This document shows positions 57,588-64,000 of a stretch of DNA of 64,000 nt, piece by piece. The stretch comes from Eledone cirrhosa. Taxonomy: Eukaryota. The notes under the pieces were generated by a model. It searched no databases and was not told the DNA's origin. It was given only the letters and a program-made list of their open reading frames with translations. The stretch spans positions 383,222,001-383,286,000 of the forward strand of contig OZ024741.1 of the NCBI GenBank assembly GCA_964016885.1, read 5' to 3'. How positions within the stretch are numbered: the first letter of the stretch is position 1; each line of letters opens with the position of its first letter. The translations under genes and the position numbers were made by a program.

Positions 57588-58693
57588 TGCTTAAGTAATT
57601 AATGACCCATTATACAAGCTGATCCGATTAGTATATTCGTCTTTATTTGCGAGCCTGCAACATAAATATACCGAAGTTTTACTTGATTTCCTTTCAGATA
57701 ATTAAGTATATGAATGTAAATTGAAGCGTTTAGTGTTATAATGATCGGCTATGTAAGCGTCACGAACTTGTTTTGCAGAATGATGAATATATTTCTGCAT
57801 TCCTATTAGTATTGATGAAGTGACAAACAGTATCCATATATAAATTAACTTCATGAGTACTATAATAAATGGTCATTGAAAGTACACGGCACTTCGGTTT
57901 TAGCTACACATCAGTTATCGTAGATATATTTTCCGCATTAATGTGATTAATATCTCACTTTAGTATTATTTTGATATTTACAGAAATGTGACCTAATAGT
58001 ATAGACAAATTGATAAATGATCCTTCAAAATTACACTGCTCAGAAAAATATAGCCAGCAGGCGCACACATACATACACACACTTACGCACATCCACACAT
58101 ACACACACTGATGCAAATACATACACACACGCACGCACACACACACACACACACACGCATACACAAACGCACACACACATACACACACATACAAACGTGT
58201 TTATATGCATAGATGTAAAGTTGCTTCTGGCTTTCTGTGTTCAATTCCCACCGTGTTCAACATAGCATTTCTCCTGACAACTTTTACAGTGAATTATCAA
58301 TTCACTGTAAAATGTTAATGCGTTAATATCTGAAAAGCTATTTATTTTGTGAATTCATATTCACTGTTGATCACTTGAACAGATTACTAATACTTTCGCC
58401 CGGATTAATACCACCATATGGTCCTTGAAATGTGTTGTTATAGTTCACTTTGAGGCAAGGATTCGGAACAGAGCTCTGATTTAGCGATACTTGTCTACCT
58501 GCAACAACAATGTAACAATTCTCAGTGGGTTGAAAAATGTTCGTGGGCTTGTGTGATTATCTCAATCACACAAACACATAACTTTAATGTGTTCACCTAG
58601 ACAATCATAGAATCTACAGAACTGAGCCAAAAGGCATTCTGTTGCTTAGACATTAGAGATTAAGATGTAGCTAGAGCGCACATTCAGACAAAG

Positions 58694-58770
<77 letters not shown>

Positions 58771-58774
58771 TCTA

Positions 58775-59212
58775 CAGGGTGCAGACGGTATTTGAGGACA
58801 TATTTAGTGTTTACGCTTATATAATAACAGAAAAAACTGTATTCTTATAAAAATAACATAAACATAAAGCTAAATTATCATTTTAATAATTTAATTTAAT
58901 AAAACCACCATAAGCATCAATAACTACCTATACACGGGGTTGAAATCGTTTACAAGCTCGGATTAGGTGGTCCTTGTTCAGATTGGACATGACTCGTATT
59001 ATGTGACTTTCAAAGAATCTTTGGTGCTATGCGAGTGACATTGACATTTTTCTCAACAGTTCTCCATACATAGTAGTCCAGTGGATTGAGATCTGGAGAA
59101 TTAGGAGACCAAATGTTGGGGGTGATGTGTTCATGCAAATTGTTAGCCATCCATTTTTGTGTCATTTGAGCCGTGTGTGATGGTGCAGAATCTTGTAGAA
59201 AGACATAAGGCT
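58775..59212 (-). mobile_element. Tc1/mariner DD37D (maT) transposon 3' remnant
   Basis: Minus frame YVFLQDSAPSHTA..WSPNSPDLNPLDYYVW with 37 residues between the catalytic aspartates. End reads TA|CAGGGTG. Confidence 0.85.
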
Positions 59213-59655
59213 CTCTTATTTCGATCTTTTGATTTCCCCAGTCCTGAATTATGGTTTTGTTTTCTCAAAGAAGAATCTATGATATTTTGATATTATCTAT
59301 TTTGAGAACATTTTTGGATACCCCCCCCCCCCCAGTTATTTGAGAAGAGTATACCATACTTCAGGACTGGACGTAAGAAAAGATCGAAATAACAGAGGTA
59401 AACTTTGTTCCATTATTTTGTTATTCTGTTTTCTTTTTTTGTTCAAGTTCTAGCTCTCTGGTGAGGTCATTGGTGTTGAATAATGGTTATCACCGAAATA
59501 TATATAACAGCGAATATGAATAAGAGGGTTAATCTTAACCTGTTTTCTTACACTTCTGGTTTTTAAATTACTCCGGGGTAAACAAACCCACATTGGGCAC
59601 TTCGTTGAGGGTTCTACTCTGCATTCTGAAGTGTCGCTAACTAACCAACACATAG
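59211..59655. repeat. Diverged fold-back plus a decayed HHR-like motif (59453-59511)
   Basis: Inverted repeat 59211-59269/59338-59397. CTGGTGA-ggt..acc-GAAA-tatata-TA. Confidence 0.45.
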
Positions 59656-59811
59656 TCACATTTTTATATATATATATGTGTGTGTGGGGGTGTGGGTGTG
59701 TGTGTGTATGGGTATGTGCGTGTGTGAGTGTGTGTGTGTGTGATCATGTGTATGTGTATGAGTGTGTGAGTGTGCATGCGTGTTTGTGCGTGCGTGTGTG
59801 TGTATTATTGA

Positions 59812-60160
59812 TTCTTTTATTTGTACTTGTTTCAGCCAATATACTGCGGCCTTACTTGTGCATCGCCTTGATTTAATCAATGATTATTGGCTTGAGGACT
59901 TATTTTTGAGGACATGAGGACTTATGTTACTTACTATATCAAACTCGGTTCCATCGAATCGCCAAGTAACGTGATATAAACCCTGAGAGATATAAACCCT
60001 GAGAGATATATATGAAAAGGCAATGATGGAGCGATACATAAATATATATGCATATATATATAAGGGACTCCAGTAATTTGAGTTTCACAAGGCATTGGTC
60101 AACCCGAGGTAATAATAGTAGTCACTTGCCCAAATGTCAAGTAATACTGCTAAACCCCGA
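59812..60160 (-). mobile_element. Old SINE remnant (second octopus-type family)
   Basis: tacttgtttcagcc..actgcggcc and cacaaggcattggtcaacccgagg..cacttgccca resemble a family I recall. Single copy in this window. Confidence 0.45.
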
Positions 60161-60560
60161 GGACGGATTAATTTTTCTGAACAATTCACAAAACTGACAC
60201 CTGTGAATATTTAAGTTATTATTTGTTGAATACTTGTCAATCTAAACTGGCTTTCTCTGATTCTCCTTTTACCAGATTTATCTTAGCCCTGTATTGAGAT
60301 AGATATGACTCTACAAAGCAGTTGAAATATTTTCTAAAATTTAGAAGCAACAGACATCGTTATGAGAAAACGATGTTTCTATAGAGGTATATTTCACATC
60401 TCTTTATTTCCTGTAATCCCAGCTGAGGATAAATATTAATAGATCTAAGTTAAATACTGCAGATTTTGTTATTGCTATGGTATAAGTCGAAACGTTAAAA
60501 TAATATCTAAGTAACAAACATGTATATATATACACATATATACATATATGTGTGTGTGTG

Positions 60561-60631
<71 letters not shown>

Positions 60632-60658
60632 AAATGTGGAGAGGAAGCACACGAGTTA

Positions 60659-60693
<35 letters not shown>

Positions 60694-60755
60694 GGATGAC
60701 CCTTATCGAGTATAGCCATTGCACGAGGAGAAAAAAGAAAAAAAATTAAAATTAA

Positions 60756-60817
<62 letters not shown>

Positions 60818-60999
60818 CATATACACATATACACACACATATATATACACACACATATATACATTAATAACAATAATAATAATAATAATAACAACAATAA
60901 TAATAACGACAACAACAATAATAATATACATATACATATATATATACACATACACGCACACACATAAACATATCTATACACACACACACACACGATAGC

Positions 61000-63900
61000 A
61001 ACTAACAGCGCTGCGATGGAATGTGGCTTTTTAGCCCAGCCAATGATCTAAAATGTCTTGCACAGAGTCGGCGACCAAAACATTCACTGGGAATAGTCGG
61101 CTCTGGTTGGAGTTCATGTACTTTTGCATGTCGCTTGAGCCCTCCCGCTGATTTACATTCTCTACCACATGTTTGGCAAGCATGATGAGTAGCATCTCCA
61201 ACAGCAGCCTGGTAGTCAACCACTGGTCTTACTTTATGACTGCGACGATGACTTTCGAGTCCAGCTTTGCTTAGGCAGAGTCTCGCACAGACGCTGCATG
61301 TCAGCACTATAGGAGGACCCTCGCCGTCTTGAAGTGCAACAGCAATGCCCTTCCTCACATCTCGCTTTACTTTCTCGTATGCGATTCGAGATGCCTCAAA
61401 GGCAACTTTTCCCTCATATACAGTCTTTCTCCATTTATTACGATCAGCAGCAATATTTTCCCATGTATCAGCAGAGATGTTAGCGTCTTTCAAAGAGGCT
61501 TTCAAGAAATCCTTATACCTCTTTTTTGGTTTATGTGGCGGTCGTTTTCCTTTAACCAACTCTCCATAAAAGAGTTGTTTTGGTATTCTATAATCTTTCA
61601 TCCTGGCAAGGTGACCACTCCAACGGAGTCGTTGCTTAAGCACAAGAGCTTCTATACTGTCACACATAGAGCTTTCCAAAATCTCGACATCACTGATGTG
61701 GTCTCTCCATTGAACGCCATGGATCCGTCTGAGACACATCTGATGGAAACGCTCCAATTGCTTAATGTGGTGTCGATATGTGACCCAGGTCTCGCAAGCA
61801 TAAAGAAGACAAGAGAGCACACATGCCTTGTACACCTTTACCTTTGTCCTCCTGCATATGTCTCGCCGACCCCAGAGTCGCCTTTCTAGCTTTCCGAAAG
61901 CATCACTTGCTTTCCTAATCCTAAGTGAGATTTCTGTATCGTTTGACAGTGCTTCCCAGGTAGACAAACTGATCAACCACTCCAAGTCGTTTGCCATATA
62001 CATAGATGTTTGGTTCAGTGTACTGCTTACCAGGGGCAGGTTGGTACATGACGACGGTTTTCTTGAGACTGACAGTCAATCCTAGGGCAGTGAAAGCGTC
62101 AGAAAATGCATTCAAAATGTGCTGCATATCACTCTCTGTGTGCGCTACAAGATCGCAATCATCTGCATACAAGAGGTCTCTTATGATTGATGTAAATACT
62201 TTTGTCTTTGCAGCAAAGCGCCTGATGTTAAATATGCTGCCTGAGGCTCGATATCGGATGTAAACACCATGCTCGCAATTCCTGAATGCAATACAGAAAA
62301 CCATTGCAAAGTATATGGCAAACGGGGTCGGTGCTGGAATATCCCCCTGTTTCACTCCATTTTTTACTGAGATAGGCTCCGACATGTTACCTCCGACATT
62401 AACCCAAGCCTTCATGTCGTCATGGAAAGACCTAACTAAAGCAAGGAACTTATCAGGTCAACCAAGTTTCTAGAGAACCTTCCATAATGCATCTCTGTTA
62501 ACAGTATCGAAAGCTTTTGTCAGATTGACAAAATCCTGATACAGATCCAAGTCTTGTTCCATGCACTTCTGCTGGAGCTGTCTAGCTGAGAAGATCATAT
62601 CAGTAGTGCCGCGTCCAGCACGAAAACCAGATTGACTTTCAGGAAGAACACAATCTGCAAGGTGTGTCAGCAGACGGTCCAGAGGCACCCCACATAAAAC
62701 TTTCCCTACGACGGAAAGCAATGATATACCTCTGTAGTTCCCACAATCATTCCTGTTACCCTTTCCATTGTACAAGACCACCATTATTGCATCTCTCCAG
62801 TCCTCAGGTACGGATTCATTAGCCCATATCATGCCAAACAAAGAGTGAAGATGTTGCAGGAGTCTCTCATCACCATATTGTAGGAGCTCAGCATGTATGC
62901 CATCCATACCTGGAGATATTCCACTGTTCAGCTTCGAAATAGCCACTGCAACCTCCACAAGCGTCGGAGGTTCTGCGAGAGCTACTTTCACAGGACTTTC
63001 TGGAATGAGATTGACGAAATCTTCACTGACGACAGACGGCTGATTCAAAAGATCATCAAAGTGCTCTCGCCACCTTCGTAGAATTCCTTGTGAGTCACGA
63101 AGAAGTTCTTTGCCATCCTTGCGGCGAAGCGGTGTCACCAGAGAAGACGGTCCATAAACCTCATGCAATAGACTCTACAACAGCTTTGTGTTATTGGAAT
63201 CTGACGCAGTTTGTATCTCACCAGCCTTCTCACTCCACCACTGATCCTTCATCTGAGAAAGACTCCGCCTAACACGTGATTTTACATCCTTGAGTTCCTC
63301 ATGCAACGTATTCCTCTACTGTGGTTTTGCCGTCAAGTAGCGTGACAGAGCACGCCTCTTATCAGCCAACAAGTCTTCTATATATACATCATTCTCATTA
63401 AACCAGTCCTGATGTTTTCTCTGCACCAATCCCAGAACACGCCTGCCTACATCATAAACCGACTTTTTAAGGGTCGGCCAATCCTCACCAAGATCTGCAG
63501 CCTGCATCTCTTCTTCCAATGTCCTCTTCACATTTTTATCCTTAAGACGAACAGCATTCAATCTTTTGGGCAGGGCAACACCAGGAGCCCCTAATTTACG
63601 TTTAGTGATTAGTTTCACTTTTGCGCGTACCAGGCGTTGGTCCGTCCAGCACTCAGCTCCACGAAGAGCACGAACACACTGCACATCCTCTCTGTCACGC
63701 ATCCTGACTAGGACGTAGTCCAAAAGATGCCATTCCTTAGATGCAGGATGCATCCATGTGGTCTTGAATTTGGTCTTTTGTTGGAACATGGTGTTGGTAA
63801 CACACAGATCCAGCTCCTCACACATCTGCAGCAGGAGCATACCATTGTTGTTACACTTTCCCACCCCATGCCTTCCGATTACATTCCATGTGTTAAAATC

Positions 63901-64000
63901 CCTACCCACTCTAGCATTAAAGTCACCAAGCACGATGACTTTGTCTGCCTGAGGGATATTTCTTAAAACACCTTTCAAGGCATGGTAAAAGGACACTTTT
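61000..64000 (-). mobile_element. RTE-clade LINE (APE + RT + C-terminal C2H2 fingers), frameshifted, runs off the window
   Basis: LGDFNARVG, TWMHP..WHLLDY, NYRGISLLS, PESQSGFR, KAFDTV, GVKQG, LYADD, FVYLGS, LRWSGH, three CxxC..H motifs. Confidence 0.95.

Overview
AT-rich, microsatellite-dense animal genomic DNA. The SINE and RTE families resemble those I recall from octopus (inference). I can support no host protein-coding gene: almost every ORF in the track is a (TA)n/(TG)n artefact or a decayed transposon frame. The window is a pile-up of retroelements. It holds at least six RT and/or GIY-YIG Penelope-like elements (PLEs): three Naiad-type, two Neptune/Nematis-type copies and one near-complete GC-rich Neptune-type element with tandem ~1 kb pLTRs. 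It also holds many short PLE pLTR remnants and fold-backs, a CR1/L2-type LINE, RTE LINEs (one with three C-terminal C2H2 fingers), an R4/Dong-type LINE, a DD37D maT remnant, a non-autonomous Helitron and more than ten SINE copies. The main hidden signal, read by eye, is about 20 type I hammerhead ribozyme (HHR) motifs, intact or decayed, from roughly a dozen apparently unrelated families. They include two with a compensatory U3-A8 core (TTGATAA) and one inside a 436-bp retrozyme-like unit. Several (TA)n-flanked inserts are head-to-head chimeras of two different PLE families, which suggests that both ends of a cut microsatellite prime reverse transcription. The 200-N gap falls inside an HHR and appears closable through a 17-bp overlap. 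All structures were derived manually, so coordinates of decayed elements are approximate.
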